Source of the DNA: Mobula hypostoma
Lineage: Eukaryota
DNA length: 64,000 bases
Direction of reading: 5' to 3'
Assembly (NCBI RefSeq): GCF_963921235.1
Contig: NC_086097.1
Coordinates: forward strand, 58,964,001-59,028,000
In this document: positions 25,713-37,613 of the stretch, piece after piece
Layout: each line of letters starts with the position of its first letter
How positions within the stretch are numbered: position 1 is the stretch's first letter
Program-made: the position numbers and the translations under genes
The notes under the pieces: model-generated
The model's database searches: none
Seen by the model: only the letters and a program-made list of their open reading frames with translations
Told to the model about the DNA's origin: nothing

Positions 25713-26115
25713 GCTGGTCCACAACTAGTCTGGAGGGAGTTTAAAAAAGAAAACTTTCTGGGATTGCAGATGTTGTAAGCTTGAATTCGAAGAGATTATT
25801 GGAAATATCCAGCAGGATATGTAGCAAAACTGAGTTCATAGTTACATAATGGTGTCTTTATAGCAAAGCTAGCCAGTTCTGATAAAAACAGGAAAGACTA
25901 ATTATCTGTAGTTGTAGAATTCAAAACTGGCTCGTGATAGCTGTGGCATAACTCAATAAAAAACTGAGGTACTTTTACTTGAGGTTACACTGGGCTTTGT
26001 TTTCCAACTTTTTCTTTTTCTGATGAAAGGCCATGGACACCAAACATTAATTCCCCTTTGACTCTCTGTAGAATGATTTCTGTCATGCTAGGTATTTCCT
26101 GCAGTTTACTTTCTT

Positions 26116-26826
26116 AAGACTAAGGAGCTGGTGGTAGACCTGAGGAGAGCTAAGGTACTGGCGACCCCTGTTTCCATCCAGGGGGTCAGTGTGGACATGG
26201 TGGAGGATTACAAATACCTGGGGATACGGATTGACAATAAACTGGACTGGTCAAAGAACACAGGCTGTGTACAAGAAGGGTCAGAGACGTCTCTATTTCC
26301 TGAGGAGACTGAGGTCCTTTAACATCTGCCGGACGATACTGAGGATGTTCTACGAGTCTGTGGTGGCCAGTGCGATCACGTTTGCTTTTGCGTGCTGGGG
26401 CAGCAGGCTGAGGGCGGCAGACACCAACAGAATCAACAAACTCATTCGTAAGGCCAGTGATGTTGTGGGGATGGAGCTGGACTCTCTGACGGTGGTGTCT
26501 GAAAAGAGGATGCTGTCCAAGTTGCATACCATCTTGGACAATGTCTCCCATCCACTACATAATGTACTGGTTGGGCACAGGAGTACATTCAGCCAGAGAC
26601 TCATTCCACCGAGATGCAACACAGAGCGTCATAGGAAGTCATTCCTGCCTGTGGCCATCAAACTTTACAACTCTCCCTTGGAGGGTCAGACACCCTGAGC
26701 CAATAGGCTGGTCCTGGACTTATTTCCTGGCATAATTTACATATTACTATTTAACTATTTATGGTGCAACTGTAACAAAAACCAATTTCCCCCGGGATCA
26801 ATAAAGTATGACTATGACTATGACTA
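26116..26826 (+). mobile_element. Rex1/Babar LINE 3' end, young second family
   Basis: TKELVVDLRR, YKYLGIRIDNKLDWS, KKGQRRLYFLRRLRSF, RKSFLPVAIKLYN. AATAAA followed by a (TATGAC)n tail. Confidence 0.9.
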
Positions 26827-27855
26827 ATCAGAAGTCAAATAATCTTTAGTCTTTCCAAAGTTTCACAAAAAATCAACTGTATCCAATTAGGCATATTAGG
26901 TATAGTGTTGTGCTGGGGTCCAAGTTTATATATAAAAGATTTTATAAAGAATTCCTTGTGGCTTTTTGGTACCACTCTAATATTTTGCCATAACCTCAAG
27001 GTAAAGTCTGTCTCAGATTTGTGATGTAGAGAAAATTAACACAACAAATCATTCAGATGTGGAGGATAAAAGTTAAAATGTGGGCAATTACTCAGCCACA
27101 CACTGGAACAAAGAATTCTTACTGTTCATGAGCTTTCAACTGATGTTTTAGTGAAAACAAACTGGAAGTATTTCCCTGTTGTACTGGGGAAGATAGGGAT
27201 ATACTTTAGAAAGCTGACAAAAGATATGCAAGGAACTAGAATGACCACCTTAGTCGTGTGGAGAAAAATGTTTGCAATAATCAAAAAAATAAGGACAGTG
27301 TTTATCCTACTGTGCGTTTTCTTAAAACAACATTCACAAATTCTAAAATGAAGATCAATTCAGCTATTCTTCCTAAAACAACATTATTTATGAAGAGAAC
27401 AAATTAATAGTACCAAAAGTCTTCCCAAATACTGGTTAAATTCTAAATTCAGTGTGATCACTGAACTTACACTCTTAATTGATCTCATTTAGTCTAAGAA
27501 ATGTCCAGGCATGTGGCAATGAGGGCAAAATTAATCATCTCTCAGCTGTACACAACAATGTTTACACGCTTCGTTTGTGCTTATTGAAAAATCTCAGATG
27601 TACTATACACCTGTTTCTACTCTCAGTAATTTGTTTGAGATCCTGAAAGCGGCAAGAGCCAACATGTAGGAAATCCAATGACCATCATTATTAGAGAAAC
27701 AGTGCACCCTTTAATTGTCATTAGAGGCAAACCTGCCATAATGAATTGGCTGGCACAAACAATGCATTTTAGATGTATTAACATGGTAGTTCATTTTCAT
27801 GACTCTCTGGTGCTTTGAAAAATTATAGAAGACATTGAATAATTGAATTTATTTA

Positions 27856-27982
27856 AAACACAACAGATTCTTCAAATATTTTCCTGATTCCAGGTCTTGC
27901 CCTGAAACATTGATTGTTTATTCCCCTCTGTACGCACTGCCTGACTTACTGAGGATCTCTTGCATTTTGTGTGTGTTGTTCT
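27856..27982 (+). mobile_element. Diverged PLE-tail mini-copy
   Basis: cctgattccaggtcttgccctgaaacattgattg...gcattttgtgtgtgttg. Exact 13-bp TSD TTGAATTTATTTA at 27843-27855 and 27983-27995. Confidence 0.78.
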
Positions 27983-28248
27983 TTGAATTTATTTATATCT
28001 GTGCTTAGGTACTAGGAGACTTTGTATGTCTCTAAGATTCAACAAGGCACATGTGAACAAACCTGGCATGAGGAGGAAATGACCAATGAGTTAAAGACAT
28101 TTTAGATTGATTTCCCTTACTAAAGATACTTCCATGATCCTGGTCTTCATCAGTCTGTGCTATGTTGCTTCAGTTGAAGTTACTGTTGAAAAGTCTCAGA
28201 TGCAACTAAAGTACTTAAATCCAATTGTTCCATTCAGACTAATTTTTT

Positions 28249-28878
28249 TTAGATTAGATTACATTATGAGGACACGCAGTCCTCTTTTATTGTCATTTAG
28301 TAATGCATGCATTAAGAAATGATACAATATTCCTCCAGTATGATATCACAGAAACACAGGACAGACCAAGACTGAAAAACTGACAAAGACCACATCATTA
28401 TAACATATAGTTACAACAGTGCAAGCAATACCATAGCTTGATGAAGAGCCGGCCATTAGCACGGTAAAAAGTTCAAAGTCTCTCGAAAGTCCCACATCTC
28501 ACGCAGACGGGAGAAGGAAGAAAACTCTCTCTGCCATACCCGACCACAATCCGACTCTGAGTCGTCCGAAAACTTCGAGCTCCGACCAGCCCTCCGACAA
28601 CAAGCACCGAGCACCATCTCTGCCGAATGCTTCGACCCCAGCCCTGGCTGCCAGCAGCACGCAAAGCCGAGGATTTTGGGGCGTTCCCTCCGGAGATTCT
28701 TGATCGCACAGTAGTGGCGGCAGCGAACCGGGCATTTCAGAAGTTACTCCAGATGTTCCTCCGTGCTCTCACAGCTGTCTCCATCAAATCAGAATTGTGC
28801 ACGGCCCCTATTTAACAATACGATATCATTTCACCGGACAGGCTACGCACGCTGTGTCGCACCACCATCTTCTCCTCC
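28249..28878 (-). mobile_element. Non-autonomous Rex1/Babar-derived element (5' UTR joined to 3' UTR)
   Basis: Minus strand starts GGAGGAGAAGATGGTGG and is CpG-rich. It ends ATGACAATAAAAG...(AATCT)n, like the Rex1 3' ends elsewhere in the window. No ORF of the family. Confidence 0.65.
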
Positions 28879-29040
28879 CACCTTTTTCACCCTAAATAGT
28901 CAAGCTCTAACTGTATGACGATCTGAATTCCTACACCTATTTCTGTAACTTCCTTTAAAATTATTAAATAATTTAAAAAGAACACAATTTGATTAGTTCT
29001 CCACTTAATAGAATGCAGGTCAAATTTATGTAACTTGTCT

Positions 29041-30060
29041 TGTGATGGATACTCACTTTTGAGGGCCTGAGAGACTTATTACTACCCCAGCTTTCAAGTA
29101 CAGCAACGTAATGTTTCCAAAGGGTCTGATCTGTTTTTTGACTAAACTAAACTTCTAACCTATATTCCTTGCTCATCTTCTTGTTGTAAACAAGTAAACA
29201 ATAATGTCTTGTAGGCCCATGTTTAATCAACATAAGACAATGGGGTTATGTTAATTGGCCTGCAACAAACCAGGCAACACTGGCTAAGTTATTTGCACCA
29301 AAGAAGCTTGCAAGGCAGACTAAATTTGTCACTTATCAGATCAAATATAGTCACAAGTAAATCAATGGTTGGGATATTTGTGCATTCGGAGGGTCAGCCA
29401 TCCCAGCATTGATTTTGGATGGCTGTGATCTCTGTTCCCAGTAGCTTTCAGACCATCTGTGTGAATTATTTTGTCCCAGCAAAGGTATCTGAATAACATC
29501 ACATGTAAATAATGTCAACTAGTAGAAAACAGTATAAATGTTACAAAAGCATCAGGGATTAATAGGACTGACAAGGAGAATGACAGAAAGATGGGCTGAC
29601 AAAAAAGAACTAGAATTCATTCTTCAAACTTCAGTTTATGTGACAGACAACTCATTTGTCTTTTAGTTTGTGAGAATTGCACATGTGTTTGGAAATCCCT
29701 CGTAGTTCATAAATCTTCAGCACTTTGGAAATCTTTTGTAAATCAGAAATACACTATGTGTGTTAATAACTAATTGTCTAAGTTTAAACATGTATCATTC
29801 AAATAAAATGTGTTTAAATTACTTTGTTAGATGAAAGCATCTCCTCCTTGGTAGGGAGGGGGAATCCACCGCTCATATAGTGCGTATTGGCAGCTCGGCC
29901 TCACCACAGATCCTAGACAAGGAAGTAAGCTCATCTTTAAAAAGTAGGTGGATATAGTAGAGCCTCCCTATAGTGGGGGTATTCTCAGATACCTAGATCA
30001 GGGTTTAGACACCCCTTTGGAATTTAGGGTTTTGGGGACAATGAACCCAACATCATCACT
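29041..30060 (+). mobile_element. Solo LTR, diverged homologue of 6943-8040
   Basis: Starts TGTGATG, ends CATCACT. Shared co-linear blocks (ccaaagggtc, gttgtaaa, agtataaat, tgtgtttggaaat, aaacatgtatc, ctagacaag, tttaggg). No clean TSD. Confidence 0.75.
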
Positions 30061-31669
30061 TCCTCACAGGTCAACTCTCTGTAGCCCACGTTAATCCTTT
30101 TATGTACCCTAACCAAGCACAGGATCTCTGTTCCGCGATGCTGGACTTAAAATTGAATACAACAACATTAAATAGTATTTGGCAACTGAAATATCAGCTC
30201 ACGAGCATTTATAATATTTATGCATAGAAATGCAAATACAACTGGTGCTCACTGATAGTGTCTAGCCTTAGAAAAATTCACTGCATTCAGCCTGCAGTCA
30301 CTGAAATTGGAGCATTCCCTGACAAGCTCCAGTCTTTATATGAAATGCATTAATGAACATCTCTGCTGGAAATTACAGGTGTGTGGCTTGTGGCAGGTGA
30401 TGACGAAAGTCTCTGGTGCAGCAATATCTGTCCATCACACTGTCACCATTCACTCTCTACCCTCTTCCCAGAAAATCTTCCTTTCTTCACCGACATGTTC
30501 CTTTTATACAACATAAACTTTGTGTAAGATAATTAACCAGAGCAGGATTTACTTCTTGAATCAAAGCACAGTATTTTGATTTCATATGAATATAGAACAA
30601 AGGAGTAGGGCAAAGTAACAGCTACCATTCATTATGTTTTATGGTTATACTGTTCACTGGATAATACAATATGAAGTAACAATTTTCTTGCATTTAGATG
30701 CCTGACAGGAACAGGAATTTTGTTGTAAGAAATTATCTCCTTTAGAATGAGGTTTAAAGTTGTCATATATCCCTGTTGCGAGAGAGTGGAATGATTGTGC
30801 AAATTGATGCTAGCATTTTACTTTGACAAGGACATTTGTTTTTAAAAGGAAAATTATCCATTGGCGTTTGCATTATTTATCTTCTACAGCTGAATTTCCT
30901 GTGTGCTGGAGGGTATTTGGAAATGATTACACTTTTTCACAACTGTGCTTCAGACACCCAGACACCAGAGATCTCACAAATCATGTCCCATCACATTTCC
31001 CTCCTATGGTTTGAAACATGCATAAGTAAGCACATCATTAACAGTTTCTTTATTTTTCATAACCATCTGTTCTATCCAGCTATCTGTTTGATGGACAATT
31101 CATCCACTGGGTCCTGTCCTGCTTTGCTGATTAATTGGAAAGCTGGTTCAGGAAACTCTTGTGTTCTGGAGGGATGTGAACACAGATGTGGTGTCGTGAA
31201 ATGAAGGGCAACAAAAAAATAACTTCAAGGTTGAATACAGCCTGAATTATTATTGTTACCTGATGAGACATGACACAGGTTAATGCGAAAAATACTTGGT
31301 TACAGCAAATAACAGCACAGTAATAAAATTGTAGAGCTGGAGATGTGAGATCCGATCTGGTCAATTCATACTCAAATGACATGAACAGGAGCCTGTATGG
31401 TATTTATTCAAAATACACACAGTGCTTCTAACTAATAGAAAAGCTCATTGGATTCAGTGACTATGTTGCAGGTTTAGTTTTATGCTACAATGAAGATGGG
31501 CTAGAAATAACCAAGGGTAATTTTTAATTTCCAACTGTTTATGTTAAAGAGATTTAAAATTTACCGATGTCTTATTAGGTACTGTTGGGAATTCTAAAAC
31601 ATGCCTGAATATATCAGTGGTTTGAAGGTGCAAGAAGAGTTTCCTGATCTTGGAAAGCTGAATGTTGAG

Positions 31670-31908
31670 GTTAGTGCGACGCTATTACAGCTTGGGTCAT
31701 CAGAGTTCAAAATTTAATTCTGACACCGTTAGTAAGAAAGTTTGAATGTCCCTCCCTCCAGAATCCAAAGACGGACTGGTTAGTAGGTTAAATGGTCATT
31801 GTAAACTGTCTTGTGATTCGGCTAAGGGTAAGTTGGTGTGTTGCTGAGCGGTGTGGCTCGTTGGGCTGGAAGGGTCTCTTCTGTGCTCTTTCTCTAAATG
31901 AAATAAAT
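31670..31908 (+). mobile_element. V-domain SINE, internally deleted
   Basis: ttagtgcgacgctattacagc head, tccaaagac...ggttaaatggtcattgtaaa body, A-rich tail. Confidence 0.7.
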
Positions 31909-33419
31909 TACTGTGTTGCATACCACCTGTAACACAAGAACAGAAACTGTCTCCTCAACCTGGGAGTTATGATTCATGTGATGGTGTGTGCTAACACTGG
32001 AAACCATTCCAAACTGAAAAGAGACGATGTTAAAATGAAAGAAATATTGTAATGAATAATTTGCCTCTGCTGTTCTCACTTCATCCCGATCTCTATGAGT
32101 ACTAGTGACACAAACAGAATGGATTGAATGACATTCTAGTTTCCAGAAGTGGATCCCCTACATATTATATGTCATTCTGGCTAGTGGTACAGCTGGCCAA
32201 TAACGAATTCACCTATTACAGTTTGAATGACAACTAGTATGTGTCCTTGGCACAAAACATGTCAATTAGGAATCAAATACCCTTTGAGTAAGTTATTGGA
32301 TTTCAATTTTAATTCAGGCTACCTTTACTGCTGAATCAATTAATCCACAGGATGAGTTTCAAATACAATGACTGAATAGATCAAAAGAATTGCACTGTTG
32401 AGAATAAAAAATTATCCTGCTCTGCATTGCTTCATGTATATATAAATATCTGAAAACTATTATGAAAATGAAGAAAGATTACTAGAAATTTGTATAGCGG
32501 CTAATTCTAACCAAATGAATTGCCGCTGCTGGCGATCCCCATGGATTTGTTATACCTGTATGACACGCCCTCAGCTCCAGTAATGATTCTTCCAAAGTCA
32601 AAGATATGTATTTGATCCTTTTTTAGCAATTAGCAAACATAAAAACTTGATCTGATGAAATTAAGCGTAATTGAGCATTCAATAAAAGATACATTGGCCC
32701 CCAGCTGCAAGCTGCCATGAACAAAGCATGAAGATGTAACTTACTCCCTTGGCCTTTACCATGCCCCCACTCATGAGACTAATTACCAGAATAAACATAA
32801 ATGCACAGCACAGAACACAATGCAGATAGAGAGCAGATGCATGTTCCTACAATGTGTAGTAATCTAATGGATGCACTAACTTGGAGTTGGGGTGTCAATG
32901 ACTGGTCCAGCGGTTAGAGCTCCAATTTCGCTTTGGCCAAGGCCCAAGGTATCAAAGTCCCGCTGTTTAAATGGGATTGGGTTGGCTGGAGATGATGAGA
33001 AATGGATTATGTCTGAATTGTGGTCAGCATAGCAGAATTACTGATTCCAGTGACTCAGAGATAGGTTGGGAGGTGTGGGGGAAATATGGACTAAAGCTGA
33101 AGGCACCCAAGGGGTAGGTTACAGAATAGGATATCTGGAATGATCCAGCAAAAGTCCTTCTTACCAGTTATTTGAGGATAGAAGATAATTTTCAAATTCA
33201 CAACCCTGTCAGCAAATATTTGAGTGAGAACCAACCACCCAGAGTGTGTGCTGTGCATAGTTTAGAGTTGAAATAAGGAAGAATAAGTTAAAGGAAATGA
33301 TGTAATTCTCACACAGATGGGATTGCATAATAGAGTGTGCCTTTGCCCTTTCACTCTTGTGTTTCAGTGAAGAGTAGTACAATGAGGATGTTGGACAGTT
33401 GACATTTCTCTTGTTAAAA

Positions 33420-33685
33420 TTCGTCAGATGAGGAGTCTCAACCTCCAAGGTTAACTGCCGTTTCCCTCCATGGATGCTGCCTGACCTATTGAGTTCACAG
33501 AGTCAAAAGTCATTGAGTCTCACAACAATGAAACAGGCCCTTCAGCCCAACTAATCCATGCTGACCAAGGTCCTAGCTCAGCAAGTCCCATTTACCCGTC
33601 TTTGGCCCATATCTCTCTGAAATTTCCCCATCCATGTCTCCAGCAGTTTGTTGTTTTTAGATTCCAGCATCTGCAGTCTCCTGGA
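33420..33685. mobile_element. Old PLE-tail copy (+) interrupted by a CR1/SINE 3' tail (-, ~33497-33637)
   Basis: cagatgaggagtctcaacc...gatgctgcctgacc and later ttccagcatctgcag. Insert has gaaacaggcccttcagcccaact. Confidence 0.6.
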
Positions 33686-34169
33686 TCTTGATGAAAAAAG
33701 AACGTTGTTGGGTCAGATGACAAAAGAAATTTAACAGGAGAAAAATCTCAAAAAAAATCACCAGATGGACCAGAATCCCTACCAGTAGATGTGACTTCCA
33801 TGTTAAACAACATGGAGAAGTGGTAACTTGTTGCAAATTTTCCACCTTTTCCTTTTCAATGTGGTCACCTCCTTTTGCAAACCTGTAGGATTCATAACAA
33901 GACGGGATGCTCTTTATTGAATTCCATCAATGACACAAATGCTGGCAATGAGGGACAATTTCCTACCTCGTGTCTACATCATAACGTTGATTCATCTCAT
34001 TTAATACTAGCAATGTAGCAAGATATACAATAAGGAGAGTAGTCACATGGTGCAATTCTTAAAGGGATAGGTGTTTAATATTATACAAGGTCCACTGCTG
34101 GCTCATCACTGACTACAACATCCAGGTTATTTTTGCTTTAGCTGTTGAATGATGGTTAACTACAGCAGA

Positions 34170-35300
34170 ATCTAACAAGCTTTGAACAAACACTAAGATA
34201 TTAGCATGCAGATATGATGTGCAGTTAAGAAGGCAAAACTGTTTTATTGCATCAGGTTGAAATTATAGTTGGATTTTGTTTAGTTAAGATGGCCATAGTT
34301 TAGGAAGGACTTATCTGCAAAAAATTGTGTCACATGGATTTAACAAAACAATTCCTGGACAATTTTTGGAGAGAACTTTAGAACACAAGGAAATAGGAGC
34401 AGGGGTAGGCCCCCACACTGCTCAAACTTGCCCCGCTATTCAGTATAATCATGGCTGATCTATGCTGACCTGAATTTCCCTATACTTCTCAATTCCATGA
34501 TCTTTCAATTACTTATCTACCTATATCTTAAGTACATTTAATGAAATAACCTCTACTGGGGCAGAGGAGAAATTTTCATCAGTTTTGAATAACTGGTCCT
34601 ATCGGAAAACTATCCTCCCTTATTGGTGACTTTCCGATGAGTAAAAATATCTCACCATTTACCCTATTATGTTTGAATGAGGTTATCACTAATTCTTCTA
34701 AACTCCAATGAATACAGACCAAAGTTATCTACCCTTGCTTGGTAAGACAATCCTCATCCTAGAAATTGGCTTAGAGAATCTCCTTTTGACTGCATCCAAT
34801 GTTCCTTAACTTCTTTATAGGTAAGCAGGCCAGAATTGTGCACTTGTACTCCACCTGTAACAAAACCTCCCCATTCTTAAACTCTAACCTATTTACATTA
34901 CAGGCCAAAAGATCAAGAAAGATTGAGCCTCACTGAGAGGTGAACTTAAGTATATAAATTCTGGGAGAACTTGATCACTTAAATGTTAAGAGGATGTCTT
35001 CTATCACTCAGAAGTTGAACTGGTAGGCGTAATCTCAGAATTAAAGGTCAATTATTTGATACTGAAAATAAACATCTTTATGGAAATTTTTGTTGAGTAT
35101 TGTAAACCTCTGGGATAATCTACCTTAGAGGGCAGCTATTGAACACTCTGTTATTGAATACATTCATGGCTTAGATCATGCATTCAAGAATAGAAAGGGA
35201 ACCAAGGGAAATGATCAGAAACAGATTAGAGATACATGATCTGCCATGAATTTCCTGAATAGTGCAGCAGGTTCAGTGGGGATTACTCCTGCTCTTACTT
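34170..35300. mobile_element. Cluster of highly decayed CR1 fragments on both strands
   Basis: agaacacaaggaaataggagcaggggtaggcc (CR1 3' end, minus strand); gtaaacctctgggataatctacc (VNLW..LP, plus strand). Confidence 0.5.
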
Positions 35301-35352
35301 ATAGAGTTTGAAATGGCATTTTTAAAAATATAAATTTTTATATTGGGTGGGT

Positions 35353-35813
35353 GGTTAGGGGAGCAGAGAAGGTTATTGGAGTCTCCCTACCTTCTGTCCA
35401 AGACCTCTTTCAGAGTCGATGCCTCCAGAAGACACGGTACATCATTAAAGACCCCTCACACCCTCTCCATGAACTGTTTGTTCTTCTGCCATCAGGCAAA
35501 TGTTACAGGAGCATCAAAACTAAAACCACAAGGCTACTAAACAGCTTCCTCCCACAGGCAGTCAGACTGCTAAATTGCTGCTCCGCCTGACTCTGCTTTA
35601 GACACTTTTAACTTACACTGGACACTTATAGCTGATTTTAACTGACATGTGGCTGTTGTGTGTTACTATTTATTGTTATGTTTATTATTTAGTGTTGCGT
35701 TTGTTACGTTATGATTGCACTGCCCCTGAGAAATGTTGTCTCATTCTGCCCTGCAGAGCTGATGTATGGTTAGAATGACAATAAAGTTTTTTGAATCTTG
35801 AATCTTTGAATCT
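35353..35813 (+). mobile_element. Rex1/Babar 3' end
   Basis: VRGAEKVIGVSLP...IIKDPSHPLHELFVLLPSGKCYRSIKTKTTRLLNSFLPQAVRLLN. (TTGAATC)n tail. Confidence 0.88.
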
Positions 35814-36093
35814 ATAATCAGCCATTCAAAATACCAGTGGGGTGTCAGAGGATATCAGATGCCCAGACCTGAAATATGGCAGCTCTGGGATATCACAATC
35901 CAGACCTGAGCTCTCCATTGAGAGGACTTCTCATGACTTGTAGATGCCTGATGAGATAAAAATTATCATACACTTATCTCATAATATTTAGTGCATTATA
36001 ATTTGTGTTTAGTAAAGGTCCTATTAGTTTTTTGATTCTTAGATGGTTCTGAAGATTGCATATACTTTTGTCAGCTTCAATTTACAGTAATAA

Positions 36094-36378
36094 TTTTATT
36101 TATTTTTTATTTTTTAATTATAATTTTAATTTAGAGACACAGCACGTTAACAGGCATTTCTGGCCCACCGAGCCCAAGCCACACAATTGTACCCATGTGA
36201 CCAATTAACTCACAATCCCATATCTCTTTGGAATGTGTGAGTACACCAGAGCACCTAAAGGAATCTCATATGGTCATAGGGAGAACATACAAAATCCTCA
36301 CAGACAGCGTTGGCAATTGAACCCCGACCATTGATGCTATAGTAGCATCACGCTAACCAGTACTCTACCATGCTGCCC
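36094..36378 (-). mobile_element. tRNA-derived V-domain SINE
   Basis: Reverse complement: ggggcagcatggtagagtactggttagc (A box), ggggttcaattgcc (B box), V-domain, A-rich tail. Confidence 0.8.
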
Positions 36379-36854
36379 CTGCTATGCTACCGTACTGTGA
36401 TAGTAATCATATAACAATGATAATAAATAAATTCAGGATAACTATTTTCTAACTCTGTTATGAACACTGGATCATAGATATTGTGGCATTCATAATGCAA
36501 GAAATGGGATATTTTAGAGCTACTTTGGATATCACACAGAGAAATTAATTATTAATGTCTCTGAGTGTTAAGTAACAATGTTAAAATGATAGCAAAGATT
36601 TTGTAAAATTTCTTGTCAATCAAAGTTTCAAATGACCTTGGAATTTCTAAATGAAGTGCAAGTTAGTAGCGTAATACATACCCATGGCACTAGGTATGAT
36701 TGTTGGCAATTTCATTACCTTTTTTGTTATAGTTGCATTTTGTATTTTTTTTAAAAAGTTACATTGACTTTGTAAAGCCCAGGAATAACTGTTTTTGGTA
36801 ATTATTTTATCAAATTACAAAGTCATTGACACTTTTTAAATACACTTTTTTTCT

Positions 36855-37613
36855 AATTTGGCAGATGGAATACAGAGTAGGGGAGTAAATTGTCATGCAC
36901 TTTGACAGAAAAAATAAAGGCTTGGATTATTTTTTCAATGAGGAGCAAATTCAGAAATCAGAAGTGCAAAGGGACTTGGGAGTGCTCGTGCAGGATTCCC
37001 TAAAGGTTAACTTTCAGATTGAGTCGGTAGTAACAAAGGCAAATTCATCTCAAGAGGGCTAGAATATAAAAGCAAGGGTATAAGTTTCAGGTTTTATAAG
37101 GCATTAGTCATACCACATTTGGAGTGTTATGAGCAGTTTTGGGCCCCTTATCTAGGAAAGGATGTGCTGGCATTGGAGAAGGTCCAGACGGGCTCACCAG
37201 AGTTGTCCCGTGAATGAAAGGATTAAGATTTGAGGAGCATTTGATAGCTCTGTGGTTATACTCGCTGGAGTTTAGAAGAACGAGAGTGAATCTGATTAAA
37301 ATCTATCAAAGTCTGGGACCAGAACGCACAGCCTCAGAATACATGGACATTCCTTTAAAACAGATACAGAGGAATTTCTTTAGCTAGAGGGTGGTGAATC
37401 GGTGGAATTCATTGCCACAGATGCCTGTGAAGGCCAAGTCATTGAGCATATTTAAAACTGAGGACGATAGGTCCTTGATTAGTAAGGACATCAAAGGTTA
37501 CAGGGAGCAGGCAGGAGAAAGGGGTTGAGAGAGATAATAAATCAGCCATGATCGAATAACAGAGCACACTTGATGGTCTGAATGGCTTAATTCTACTCCA
37601 ATGTCTTATGATC
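36855..37613 (+). mobile_element. CR1 3' fragment
   Basis: WQMEY, VQRDLGVLVQDSLKV, YKALVIPHLE, RVVNRWNSLP and CR1 3' UTR. Confidence 0.85.

Noticed and set aside
6943..30060. The two homologous LTRs as ends of one 23-kb retroelement
   Set aside because: The first has its own TSD (GAAT), the pair is strongly diverged, and there is no gag/pol between them.
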